Shown here in pieces: positions 26,301 through 39,700 of a stretch of 64,000 bases of DNA. Numbering within the stretch: the first letter of the stretch is position 1; every line of letters starts with the position of its first letter. The notes beneath the pieces are model-generated. The model searched no databases. It was not told the DNA's origin and saw nothing but the letters and a program-made list of their open reading frames with translations. Made by a program: the position numbers and the translations under genes. The stretch covers positions 496,001 through 560,000 of the forward strand of contig CAJFCJ010000024.1 in NCBI GenBank assembly GCA_904063045.1, in the 5' to 3' direction. This DNA is from Dimorphilus gyrociliatus. Its lineage: Eukaryota; Animalia; Annelida.

Positions 26301-29300
26301 ACAATGAAATAGTTATATTAAATAGAATTAGTCATATCTTAGGGATAAAAATAAGAGATATTTTATATCAACTGATCATATTTTTATGGAGATTTATACT
26401 TCTACGATTACTTTTTGTAATTTTAAGTAATTTAATATAATGTATAATGATATATTAATATACGTGTTCGTAAACAATTTTAGTACATTTGCTTTATTTA
26501 TGAGCACGTTTTTCTAAATTTCTTGATTTACCTACAATATACTGTATATAGTATAAAATGTATATTATATCTATATATACAGTATAATAGATACAATATA
26601 TACACTGTCTAAATTAACTTTTTAATGAAATTGTTTAAATCTTCAAAAGATACTTGGAAAATTAAGGCTATACAATAATTGCAACAAATTACAAATTTAA
26701 TATAAAAGTATCTGATTTATATCATGTTTTTAGTTCCTATTATATTATTTATACATTATATATAATATATTGTCTTATACTATATACAGAAATATGTGTT
26801 CTTTAATTTTTAAAGCTAATTTCTTTGCTTACCCGAACGATGTTGCAGGAGCTAAAATTCTGTAGAAGTATTTACTTTTTATCACGTTATCGTAACTGCT
26901 GTAAGTGACTGTTAGGAAATTGAAGAGGTCACCGACTTTGGCGACAACTTCTATTTCATCCTCATCAGCAGGCCCTACAGCAGCAACATAAGTATCCTCC
27001 GAGTTAATCCATTTTATAAAATATCTTATGGCGATGTCAGCTTGAGCTTTAGTATCGACAGCGTCTAATACTAAATGATAATCTTTTAGTATATTTCTAT
27101 TTTGATTAACTTTTTTAACGGCAAACTTAGCGGCTGAAGGAAAAAAAGGGATGAATTAATATTAATTATTTAAATATATGTACGATTATTATAAAATATT
27201 AATTAATTAATTATTTTTTACCGCAGTAGCTTAATGGTATAACAAATTTTCTACTGTCTAAAGGAAATAGGCCGCCTATTTTCAAAACTTTCTTCTTCCT
27301 CTTTGGTTGCATTAGCCATTCTTTCCATACATTTTTGTAATTTTTAATAAATTCGAACGCTACTCGCTTCGTTTCAGCCTATTTATAAAATAAATCATAT
27401 TTAGTGATAAAACTAATTTACAAACTCATAAGTATAAATTAATTCGTAATTTTAACTTATGTTATAACTTTACTATTCAATTTGAATATATTTTAGACAT
27501 TATTCAATGTATAAGTGTGAATAATGTTTAAATTATGCAATTGTATCTGGTTTAAAACAATAAAGGCAACATATCAGTAAAACAACGTAAATAAATAAGT
27601 ACTAAAAGCCTTAAACCCCTGGATAACTAGGGAAGTAATAATGCAAATTAAAACTCGCTGCGTGATGCTGGAAAAGTCAGATTAAGAATTTCTTTTTAGA
27701 AAAATTATTAGATAAAAAGGTTCAATAAGTACTTTTGAGCATTCCAGTTAATTATTCCCTTCTCGTCTTTTTATTAATATTTTTAAATATTAATTAAATA
27801 TCGTTCCTACGTTTTGTGTTGAAAAATTTCACTATAAACAAGACACTTGCTAATCTAATGATTATAGATAGTTTTTTAATAGATAAGGGAAAAAATTGGT
27901 AAATGGAATAAAGCATGATAAAATTGTGAGGTTGCGTGAACGGGTTGAGGAGATCGTAAATAAAACGTAAAAAGGAACAAAAGTGAGAAAGAGATAATGT
28001 AATAGAAAATTAACATTTTTAGGTACTGTGAGGATGCTTAAGGTTAAATGAGGATTGTAAAGTATAGTTTAAGGGCTTCTAATGTTACTGTATTCATTAC
28101 ATATACTAATTATACATGTATATATATATACACTAAATACGTATATACTATGCTTATTCAAAAGAGCCGCTCACTATGTTAGTAGAAACTATTTGACCTC
28201 GTTAATTTTTTTCAAAGAAAATAAAAACTAATTAAACTTATAAGCTACTTCTTAACTTAATTATATATATGTTTTCTTTTTGAAGTAACGCTTTACCTTT
28301 ATTATAGTATCATTTAGGCCTAATTTCTCCGGATGAAAAGATTTGAGTATAGTTTCGTAAATGGTTTGATTAAATTTTATCCGACTGACAAGATGCTTGA
28401 GTTCCGAGTCAAATTGAATGTTGAACGAAGCGAATTTATTCAAAGATGATTCTCTATTTCGTCTAGAGAATGGTAATTGCATGTCAGTATAATTCCCAAC
28501 TACTGTTAATATAGATGGATATTCCGATGCAAGAAGGGTCATTCGATCTCGACGATCGTCTTTCAGTAGATATCGCTTTGAACCATAATCCGATGGAATA
28601 AGGGCCGTTATCTGACTAATACGTCTTCCTGTTAGTTCCGTTAGATCTTTTTTGACTGACGACGCCTTTTCTGCAACATTGATCCAGTTATATGTCAAAC
28701 TATGCCTCAGGGTACTGTTAGCTCTCTTAAAGTATAGCCTTTAGTAATATAACATAAAAACAGATATTGTTAAAAGCTTAATGACTTTAATTAGATTTTG
28801 ATCGATCAATAAATTAGTTTAATAGTATGTTTCCATCCAATTTTTTGCCACTTTCTTTCTCTTTTTATTTGTCTCTTTCTTTTACTATCGATCAACAATT
28901 GAATTTTAAGAATACTAAGTTAATAAGAGTACCGACGTTATGGATGTAGTTTACTTAGCTTAATGTAAAACGGAATTGAAAGACCTTTAAGAGAAAAGTT
29001 CCGCGAAACGCCTAAGTGTACAACTTAGCTTCCGCTTTCCCCGTGTCTTCCGGTGGATGAACATTAGTAAGATAGAAATATAAAAAGCTTATTAATGTTT
29101 TACATGAAAAACGTCTCAGTTACCGATGTAAAATTTATAACTTAATTTATTCAGAATAAAAATAATTTTTTTTATTATCTTTTCTCTTTTATTTGTTCAT
29201 CAAATTATTTCCGGTTAAATTCTCTTGTATTTGCTTATATATATATATATATATATATTCTATGAAAAATAGATAAACGTTAAAAGAATACTAAAATGAG

Positions 29301-31785
29301 CTAATTCCGATATTTCTTATTATTTTACTATATTTGGAAGAAGAAAGATGATAAAGAAGAGAAAGAAAAGAAGCATGATAAAGCATTTTTCGTAATAATA
29401 TTACCAATTTTACTAATAAAGGTTAACTTACCTAGAGTGTATCCATCCACGAAGAGGAATTTACATTGTTTCTTTTGTCTGATATGACACGTTATCTTCT
29501 TATCAGAATGGACCATCTCCTTAATATCTTTTAAGTCTTGTTTGTAGCGTTCATGCATTAGTTTTTTAACTGGACGTTCATTTAACGATCTCCAATGATC
29601 GAGTAAAATCCTATTAGTTTTATTTTTCCATAGATTTTCTACAACATTTCTATTGATAAACCAGCCGTCCCTGTTTAGAGATTACATAGAAAAATTATAG
29701 AACGAACGTTTTTAACTCTTTCAATATACAGTATATAAACATGTAAGAATGTTTTTCTCTACTAGTTTGGCCATTTATTTTAACAAAATTATCACGTTCA
29801 TTATTTAACTAAAAAAGAATTTTTTTCTTTGATACTTGTGTAACGTCTAAAAAAGAAAAACTTTCTGTTCTCTAAACGCCTCCGAAAACGTCTAAAATAG
29901 GAAAGTTTCCAAGAATTTATTAACTTTACAGATTCAACGGCCATTTGATTACTATTTAATTAACAATTATAATATATATTAGTATATGCAGTACATCAAC
30001 CTATGTACAGTACATATACTACATCTTTTGAGCAGATGTATATGTCATTATAAATATATCTATATATATGAACATACTAATATACTGTATATGAAAAAAA
30101 AGAAACTAAAACTAATTACCGCAAAGGAGGTCCCGTAACACCCAAGTGCAGCAAATTCTCATTTGCATATTCGTTTTCGTAACCAGTTGGAAGTTTAACT
30201 GCAATGTCGATAAATATTTCTTTTCTGTATGTGGAATTAGGAAAGGGTATAACCAAAAAGACGATAAAAAAGAATATTTTTCTGATATTTACTTATTTTC
30301 CTCAGTCAAACGGGAGAGCCAATCAAGACTCGAATAATTCGTAAGTCTGTGATTTAACGTGACAGGTTTTCCCAATTCCTTTTCAATAATATAACATAGA
30401 ATGTACACTAGAACATTATATTCGATAACCGGCGTTGATATAAGAGTAACGCCATTCTCTTTGCCTCCTCCATCTGCAAATTATTTGTAAAAATTTACGT
30501 TCCTTCTATTAATATTAATAAAATAACGGAATGATATTATAATATAGAACATAAGTATATGTTATTACACGTCTAAAGCTAGATGTATTACTTGGAAATG
30601 AATTTTTTGGCCTATGTGGATAAAATTTTCCTCGAAAATCATATAATATAAACAGTATATATAAATATATACAGTATTATACAACATATATATATATCAT
30701 ATGAGAAAAATGCAATTTGTAGACTATTCAAAAAGGTATATTGTTTAACATTTATTCAAAAATCTTTGAATATAACAATTGATAGAATACAATAGCATTT
30801 ATATTCTATCTTTTATTGTTTAAATTTCTAACAAACAATAGAGGCGTCTAAAGTGAAAAGTATAATATTTTTCACTATATGACTATAGGTATAGGTCATT
30901 CATATATTAATTAGTTTTTCGTTCCAGAAATTCGTAGTGAATAAACACTTAAACTGTGTAGATTCTCTCAGTCAATAATCTTTTACTATCTTCTTTTGTT
31001 ACATTTAGTGAAATTTTCATCTAAACAAACAGGGTTTGTAAACAATAACCTCTATATTTTACATTAAAAAAAAAGCTCAGAGAAGGTGATTGATATCTTT
31101 GTATTTTCTTTCTCTAATTGTTTTTCTGTTTACTAGTTTAGTATTCCTCTCCACTTTCCTTTCCCCCGTATTCTATCACTTTTGTTATACAACATGCACA
31201 GTATCTATATATAAATTATAGCGGGCGGAAAGCGTTACATTTAAATCTGTTAATAAGAGTATTTTCAAATAAAAAATCAGAAAGATATGTGAAACAATAA
31301 AAGAAGAGCCTGGAAATATATCTAATAAAATATATTTAATACTTTTTACTTATGTTTTCTATAGAAAAATAACTCTTAATTTTATTCATTTCTTCTTTTT
31401 CCCATTCTCTCCTAATGCCTTTTTCAATATAGAAAAAGAGTAAATTCTTTATAATAAAAGAAAGTATAAAAGAAATAAAATTATGGAAGACATTGTTTTT
31501 TTTTCTATAAATCAATAAATAGTGTAGAAACACGAATTCCATACTATTTAATACTCTACATTTAATTTATCTTATGCATGACATACGCATCATATATCTC
31601 ATATTCTGAAAGCTACGTAGGAAAAAAAATCAATTGTTTACTTCGAACTCCTCGAATTAATCTTAAAATAAGCCTCTTATGAATTAAAGATAAATAACTA
31701 ACAGTTAAAATATAAACGAACCGTCATTACAACTTGCTGCTTCTATCATAAAGAAGAAAAGTATAAGCAACGCATCGCTTATCAT
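23348..31785 (-). CDS. VKR: Venus kinase receptor (Venus flytrap + insulin-receptor-like tyrosine kinase), ~1278 aa, 11 exons: 31785-31722, 30473-30293, 30224-30120, 29670-29432 (or 29428), 28738-28297, 27378-27222, 27133-26833, 26180-26006, 25674-25579, 25508-25096, 25007-23348
   Basis: Signal peptide MISDALLILFFFMIEAASC. GABA-B-type VFT motifs LKIGGLFP, AAKFAVKKVNQNRNILKDYHL, TVTYSS, YNWTKVALL, GYVWFLPAW, YDAIWVIATAL, GVSGPIKF. One TM. Kinase: LDQWEMDR..NRKLGQGAFG, AVK, HRDIACRN, DFGMTRPIF..YYRF, MLPVRWMPPES. All junctions are in phase except exon 4-5 (see findings). Confidence 0.92.
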
Positions 31786-31832
31786 TTTAATCACCTCTCC
31801 ATCCTTCACCAGTTTCTGTAGACAATAAAACG

Positions 31833-31849
31833 GCGACTAGATGTCGTTG
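31833..31849 (+). promoter_or_regulatory. CTCF-like motif ~50 nt upstream of the VKR ATG
   Basis: GCGACTAGATGTCGTTG. Confidence 0.4.
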
Positions 31850-34800
31850 CTGTTGGTGACGTTTTTTATCCTGGGTTCTCGTTTTCTCTCTTTCTCTTTT
31901 CTCTCTGTCGATCTCTTTTAACCCTATTTTCTTCTGTCTATCTCTGCCTCTGTCTGTCTGTCTATCTGTCCCAGTTTGCTTTTATATACTTGCTTTTTTC
32001 TTTTCCGAAATGGTCCTTTCTTTTTTTTACTTTTCTTTCAAAAATTTTCAATTTCTTTGAACCTGTTCAAAGATTAAAGGTTAAAAATATTTACAAAGTG
32101 AGAGAGTCGTTTACCGCAGGACATTTACATCTGACCTTATTTAATTGGGGATGAGCTAATTTATCTATACTTGGATCGGTTATATTGATCTGATTGTCGC
32201 TTATGCAGAAATTATTCGTTGCTATGACTACCATCAATGACGTCACCAAGCTTTGAAGCGAGCTGGACAATTAACTAATTAGGCTCTCTGTTTCCCATAC
32301 GCATTTGAAGTGTTTCTCTTATACTTAAAACTTTAAAACACAAAAGGTCACTAACACCGTTTTCTTAATATAATCCGTGTAAAATTAGTAAAGAAAAGAG
32401 AAGTTTAATATAACTCAATGATGAAACTATTATGAAATTCATTCTACATTCATAAAGGCTATAAAAAGAATCCAAAGCAAAATATTAAAAGTATATAGAT
32501 ATAACTATATCTAGCTATTAATATTACATGATATTCATATACAGCTGTACCTATCGTATTTAAAGTTTACGTATAGAGTTTAATTATAATTTATTCATGA
32601 AAATCTTATTATTATTCAGTTTTAGCGAATTGCAACCACTCTAAAATATCTATCTGTTTTATTTAAATATATAAAACTCTTTTTAAAGAAACTATACAAT
32701 TCTATACGATTGAATTAGCAGTGAAATTAACAAATTCTTGGAAAAGCAGTAAGGTCATTGGTCGATTGATGATTTCAAATATTTTTTACCCTAAAAAAGA
32801 TATATGAAATGGAATTATATAATAAAGGTATTGAAATTAATATAATTATAGCAAAATAGAGGGAATAATAAATAAAGAGAAAGAGAAATAAAAGGGCGCA
32901 AGGCTCATTGATTAATTCAAACAAAAAGAATTGAAAGCAAAGTATTTTAAAAAACTATTTTCAAAGCTTAGTTTATTAACCAAATAGAAAGAAAATCTTT
33001 GCTCAGCCTCCAGATACCCTAATCGTGATTTTGATTATACAAAGTAAGAAGGATGAGAAAATGAAGGTTTCTCCTTTTAACTTCGTCTTTCCAGAATAAA
33101 CTTCTCTGTCTATTTTATTGGTAAAGTATTAAGTTGATTTTCATCATTTTTTCATTACTTTAATATATATTAGAAACAAGCGAAGAGGAGAGAAGATAAA
33201 AAACAACTTTTGGTGGAAACAAAGCAATTCATAAGTGCGAGAGGAAATATAATGAAAACAGTAAAATCTACAAGCTTATTAAAGTCATTCAAATGAACAA
33301 TTTCAGATAATATTTCATATGTTAAGATATACAAATAGCAAAGATTAAAAAACTCTGTTACACTGTTCATTTGAGCTTTTTACATAACAATAAACAATGA
33401 AACTACAATTGTATTTATTTGCTATTTCAATGAATGAAATTAATTAATCATGCATTGATAATTACGTCTGGTATTATACTTTCGTATGGTATTAAATAAA
33501 GATATAGTCAAAATATACAATCGCTGATTAGCAATTACTTATTATTGTTTTATTTATCGCTTGGGATTTATTTGGATGAATTTATATGCTTAGCAAAAAC
33601 CAGCTGATTTAATCCATAAACAACAAAGATACTCTCTTAATTATAGATAATCAAATGTAAGCATATATATGTGTTTATATAAGTACAGATTTCAAGGTAT
33701 AATGCTTATTATTAACTAGTCTTTTTATCTGTCTTTTAGTGAGAAAAAGGATTGATAAATCAGCTCTGATTACCATTAGCACTCTGTTAAATGAATCAAT
33801 AATTAGAGTAGTTAAAGTGGTCCTTAAGAATAAAATGGAATAAGTAAATATCTTTTTTGTTTACGAATATTACTCAATATACAGTATATACTGTATATAG
33901 ATATATATATATATATCTATATCTAAATACATTCACAGTAAATTTATAAGAAAGTATTAAACTCCCGTAATTTCCGTAAATTTATTACATTATAATAATA
34001 TATCATGTTTGACTTTATATGATTGATTTATTAACAAATAGTTAAAAGTTTGAGTAGGATTAGATAATTCATTTTCGGCTTTTCACAAATCTAAACAAGT
34101 TGGCAATATTTTTTTCAATAAACTACGCTTTTTTTCATTTAATTGACTTTTTTCCTATTTGTTCCGTTTTCTCTAGCAATTTAGTATTAGTTTTTTTTTA
34201 TAAGGCTTTTCTACAAGCTCATATAACAGTTTTTATAAAAATAAAGAGCTTGATATAAATATCCTATAATAACTGGTATAGCTATTATAGTCGTATTAAT
34301 ATTTCTTCTTAAATATCAAGAAGCCAAAATATTCTAGAATATTTACATTAAAAAATTAAGCCAACCTATTTTTTTATGTCTTAAGATGCAGTATATTAAT
34401 ATTTTAATTCATAGATGTATACTAATAAATAGATATTCTTTGTATTGTATATGAATGTAATTTATTTAAAGGGTGAACTACTTTTAATGTCTTAAAGCTA
34501 AACGAAAGTGTTCTAAAAAAGGAAAAATGCTTAGGATTACTTGCGGTAATTTATCTTTAAAAGAGTACATTTTTACCAGTATTCTCTAAATGCAGTATAT
34601 ACTATATATATATATACTGTATATGTGTGTATTGCATATATAGAACTGTCAGTTCTGACATTCGGCTGCTTATTTTCACAGGCTTCCTTTGTCTCTAAAT
34701 ATATTTAATGGATTGAAAATTTTTTAGTGCTTTCTTCAATATATGACTAATTTTGCCCTCTAATACAGTATATTATCTTTAACTACTAGAAAATTCTTCG

Positions 34801-34934
34801 TAACAGGTTTATAAATCCCCTTCTAGGAAAAGATAAAAAATATACAAGACAATAAATTGCACAGTTTTTATACTTTTTTCCAGTTAATACTTCTATACTT
34901 TAACTATTTATGTACTTTTTTTCTTATGTTTAAA

Positions 34935-34961
34935 ATCCACAAGATGGCGCCTCATACTTAA
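34935..34961 (+). promoter_or_regulatory. CTCF-like (also YY1-like AAGATGGC) motif overlapping a short hairpin
   Basis: ATCCACAAGATGGCGCCT, continuing into the inverted repeat GCCTCAT-actta-ATGAGGC. Confidence 0.5.
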
Positions 34962-36648
34962 TGAGGCAGCAAAATACTGGGAAAGGGAAACCAATGATTT
35001 CTAACCAGTTGCAAATTATAATGCTGAGCTAAGTAGTTAAAGTTTAAGTGATATTAAAGTAGAGTGTACCCACAGACAAAATGGATTGTGACGTGAAGCG
35101 ACAATGTTAATTTTCAAAGAAATCCATTATTATAATATGTAGCCGAATTTAATATCTTCTTAAGTAAATATATTATAAGAAGAGAAAAGTTGATGATCTG
35201 GAAAAGAAGTGTAAAATTTAGGGTAGAGAGAGGGAAGAAAAATGACAAACTAAAAGTGAAAGCTAACAGATAAGATTACTAGTGACTGATTCGATAATCG
35301 ATAACAATAGAAGAATTGATGTGGAAAGAAATTGTGTACAATGTCCTTTTCAGCTAGCCTACTTCTAATTTTCTATCCCTGTGCTGGATAAATATTTGAA
35401 AAGGGAAATGCTACTCTACTTGCAAATAGAATAGTTTGTTTTTCTCCCCTTACCGAGCCGATTGATCAGAATCTGAGATTTTATAATGAATAATAGACCA
35501 GGTGAGGACGAACAGGCGAAATTCCAATTCGGTAATATTGTATTCTAGTATAGTATGAATTGTCCTGCATAATTTACATGCTTTATTTGGCTAATGTGTT
35601 TCGAAGCTTTGCCCATTTAAAGAAGGGGTAAGTAAAAAGAAAGGAATATAAAAGTAGAGGAGAAAATGAGATAAAAGTGCTAAAAGGAGGAGAATTTTGA
35701 AAAAAAAACTATTTGGGCTTTTATAATCCGACATTCTTTCAATCGCAATCAACCGCAATGGAATAGCACGCACCTGATGCTTCGCTGAATTGATGTCCAA
35801 ATTTCTACTATAAATAGAGGTTGTCAGCTTCGACTAGCTGCTTTTGTATGGCTGAAATATATAACTTGAAGAAAGACAACAAAATGGAAAAGAATTAGTT
35901 GATGGACTGGTATAATCTATATAAGAAAGTTTTTTATTACCTTTTCCCTTATCGATTCTATCTTTCCTACCCTTCCCTACTCAATTCTTACTCTTACAGT
36001 TTCCTCTTTTACCACTTTCATCTTTTACCTACTTTTCTACGCTTCTTCACCTCCTAACCTCCTCCAGCATCTCTTTTAAAGACTTTGAAAATACATAAGA
36101 TAAACAATATTAAAATGAGGAACGAAGAGTTTTCATGGTTAAAATTCAATTACGAAGACGTTATGTATATTTTAAAGAGCAAATAAAACTCGCTTGAGAG
36201 GTTAGTTTTAATTTTTTTCTGTATCTTCAAAAAAGCAGGAGATAGACGAGACGGCGAGAGCACATGTCAACGCAGTCCTAAGCGTCTGTTAGATGACTTC
36301 TCTGTCTCTGTCTACTTAACCTATTAGTTTTTTTATATAAAGTATATTTCAGAGTGAAAAATAAAGAAACTTCAAGTATTCTTTTTAATGCTTCTCAACA
36401 AGACAATATTCTCAAATAATTTAAATATTACCTTATAGATTATAACTTTTCTATTTTTCCTTTTCTAAGGTTATATTTAATAAATCAAGTAAAATAATTA
36501 ATTTTATTGAAAGATTTATATTAAGGTACTTTGAGATAACGTCAGAATAATCTCTTACATCCAGAAAGTCGTTTATGAACTATATAAAATCAAGGTCCAG
36601 TGAGATTCGTGACAAAAATATCATGATTAGAAGAAACTAAGTAAAATG

Positions 36649-36651
<3 letters not shown>

Positions 36652-36704
<53 letters not shown>
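36652..36704. repeat. Long (AT)n microsatellite
   Basis: Directly visible; followed by AACAGTATATA. Confidence 0.97.
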
Positions 36705-36707
<3 letters not shown>

Positions 36708-39700
36708 AGTATATAAATATTACGGAAGGAAATGATTGGAAATTGTAGGAGCAGTTGTATTTAAAATTTTAGGAGAATATGAATATGTTTTATGTTGTAT
36801 TAGGAAAAATTATTATCTGGATTAGTTTGTTAGATACTTCAATACTTTATAGAAGTAAAGCAGAACTTTATCTATTCTTTGCAGTAGGAGGGAACATGTT
36901 CGATTTAAAAAACTACTAATTATTAAGGCTAAATCTTATTAGGCCCCCTTTATCAAGATTTTCATTATCATTGATTTCTAAATAAGATGTTTTAAATTAA
37001 AAAAGATTATATGCTAAGTTAAGGTTATAAATAATTAAAAAGTAAAGATTCTCTTACTCTTTTCTTTACCTTCATCTTCCCTTCATATTCTTTTTTCTCT
37101 TCTTTATTTTCTTGTATTGTTGTACCAATCGTTTTTAATTATGTTTGTGGTCGTAATAAAACTATCTTATATATTCATAAATATCTCTATTAATCTGGTA
37201 ACATTTTATAGTGTTACGAGCACACAAGTTTGTCTATTCTAGCATATATTTTATTTAATCCTATGAGCTATAATAAATTTTCCATTTTATGGCAGACATT
37301 TATTACAAAAGAGCCGATAAATTCATTTTTAGTCCTTAGGTTGCTTTAGCCTAGTTATAATAAAAGGAACGTTTCTATCTATGACAATATATATGACGAG
37401 GATCCATTGAATCGTTGCATGTATTAATGTAATAGATGTGTAGTTTGGGGAAAGAGGATGCTCCTCTGGTTATTAGGATTCAGGAAATGGTTTGTGACTT
37501 GATAGAATAAGCGATTATCTTTTAAATTATAGGTAAAACTTATGTCAAAGAGAATGAACATTTTTTCCTTTCGTAGTATGTAGAAATCCTATATATGAAT
37601 ATATATTTAGAGATAAATCACTGTGATGTAAGAGTAAATGACATGAATTTATGTAATCCATTCGTCTTCCTTTGGAATGAATAGAGAACTCGTAATGCTT
37701 TTAAGCCACGAAAATTGATTAATCGCTCACTATGCTTTTAAAAAGAAAGACGAAAAGACTAAGACGAACTACGAAAGAAAAGAAGGCAAAAAGATGAGGA
37801 AGTAAGATCGTATAAGGAGAGATATTAATATGGTCAATATCTTGTAGTATAAAGAAAAATAAATTGATACCAATATCTTGTAATTAAAAGTATCTCTCCT
37901 CATATTATTCTGTTAATAATGATAATAAAATGTCTTATTAAACTAGAAGCTACTTTAGAAGACGTGCGGAAAAAAAACTTTGATATAATTGTAGAAAAAG
38001 GGATTAAAGCGGAGTAGAGGTAATCTAAATACAGTATCTAAATGAATCAAAAAATCATACCTATGGATATTTTTCCTTTTTTCTTGTGAAAATATACGTT
38101 TTGGTGTAATCTGTTCTTAATCTATAATAGATTATAATGTAGGTCGAGTTGCTCTGCACAATGTTATTTTTCTAGTAAATAATTCAAGAATAGTTATTCT
38201 TCTCTCTTATTGTTAGAAAAATTCTACTAAAAATACTCGTCTTGCTTATTTTTTTTTAATAACGAAAATAAAAAAAGAGAAATTTTTTTCGTTTAATCTA
38301 TTCTCTAGATTCGAATAAAGTTATCATTCCCTTGGGGCTTTTAGGAAGGAAATGGGGGATTTTTCCATTCCGAAAGTTAAGATTAATTAAGTGATTGATT
38401 ATAAAATGTTCTGTCAGCTACTTATTAGCCCTTGCTAAAGCATGGAACATATGAATTTAATTAGGACAGAAGATAACGTATTTTCATTATCATATTTTAA
38501 ATATACCCTTTCGAGGAATTTCATTTCCTAAACAATAAGCATTAAGAGACTACTTGATAATCGGTAGATTCATAAAAGTTCCATCACACTTTAACTTTTC
38601 TATATTCAGCTTTGTTTTTTTATCTTTCTCCTCCCATTCCCTTCTCCCGCTTTTTTCTTCATATCTCATTTGAATTAAGTGGAAAAGATCCCTGTGAAAA
38701 TATAATGAAAATATACTTTGTAACCGTTAATGTATTGCCTCGATCTTTTGAAAATAAAAGGCGTATTATGTATAAATATAAACACGTATTTTACAAAATA
38801 CCCACTAAATTTTAAGCACAGTGGAGCAATTTTACAAGATCTGGTTTCTTGACATGTAGAAATTGACTGAAAATAGGCCTAAAATCAGCTGGTACAGCCA
38901 AATCACTTTTGGTGCTTAAAGTAAGTAGATGAGCTTAAAAGTAGGTTTTTTCTGCACTTCTTCGAAAATAACTTGTAAAGAAACAAATATTTTTTTCTTT
39001 TTTTGCAACATACGGATAACGAAGAGAAAAGACAAAAAGAGTGAGAGAGAGAGAGAGATGCAAAGTTTTCCTTTTCATTTATCCTTTCCAAATAACATTC
39101 ATATTGAATTAATGAGCTTAATTATTAATCAATTGATTTTTTACTATAATTTCAAAACCTTTATTGTTTTTTATATCATTATTATTATTAAATATTGAAT
39201 GAAGGTTTAAAATAAAGCAAGAATTGACAAAAACTATAGAATACAATTTCATAGTCTTCTCTCCCTTTTTTTATAAGGATAATATAAGATTTAGGCCAAG
39301 CAATCAAAGGCTAAAAAGAATTCTCCTTTGTTTTTACTATATAGCCAATTTGAAGAACAGCAAAAAGGTGTCGAACATGATTAACAAGTTAACTTAGAAA
39401 AGAAGAGTTGTTTGCCAGAACATAATTTACTTTTCTAAAGATTTCTTTATCCTAAAGGGATTTGGAAGAGAAATTTAGTCCAATTCAAATGTTACAGAAA
39501 CGATTGAAAGTTATACCTTACAGCTATATATATATATAGATATCTTTGTATCCTATAATTTCTCTTTAGCATCTTATTACTCCCGTCTAATTTCATGTTT
39601 TCCTACAAAGAACTAGCTTTCGTTCGACAAAAAAAATCCTTTTCGTTAATAATGTTAATTATATTAATTAATTTAGGAGAGATTTAAAAAAAGAACCCTG

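Noticed and set aside
26542-26582. CTGT...ACAG arrangements resembling a bacterial LexA SOS box
   Set aside because: Eukaryotic intron context; explained by the TA-CAG-TA motif family.
28160-28169. AAAAGAGCC as half of a histone stem-loop
   Set aside because: The other arm is missing and there is no histone gene.
35486-36330. Possible exons MNNRPGEDEQAKFQF and GDRRDGESTCQRSPKRLL on plus, with competing splice-like sites on minus
   Set aside because: Several mutually exclusive readings, none with recognisable homology.
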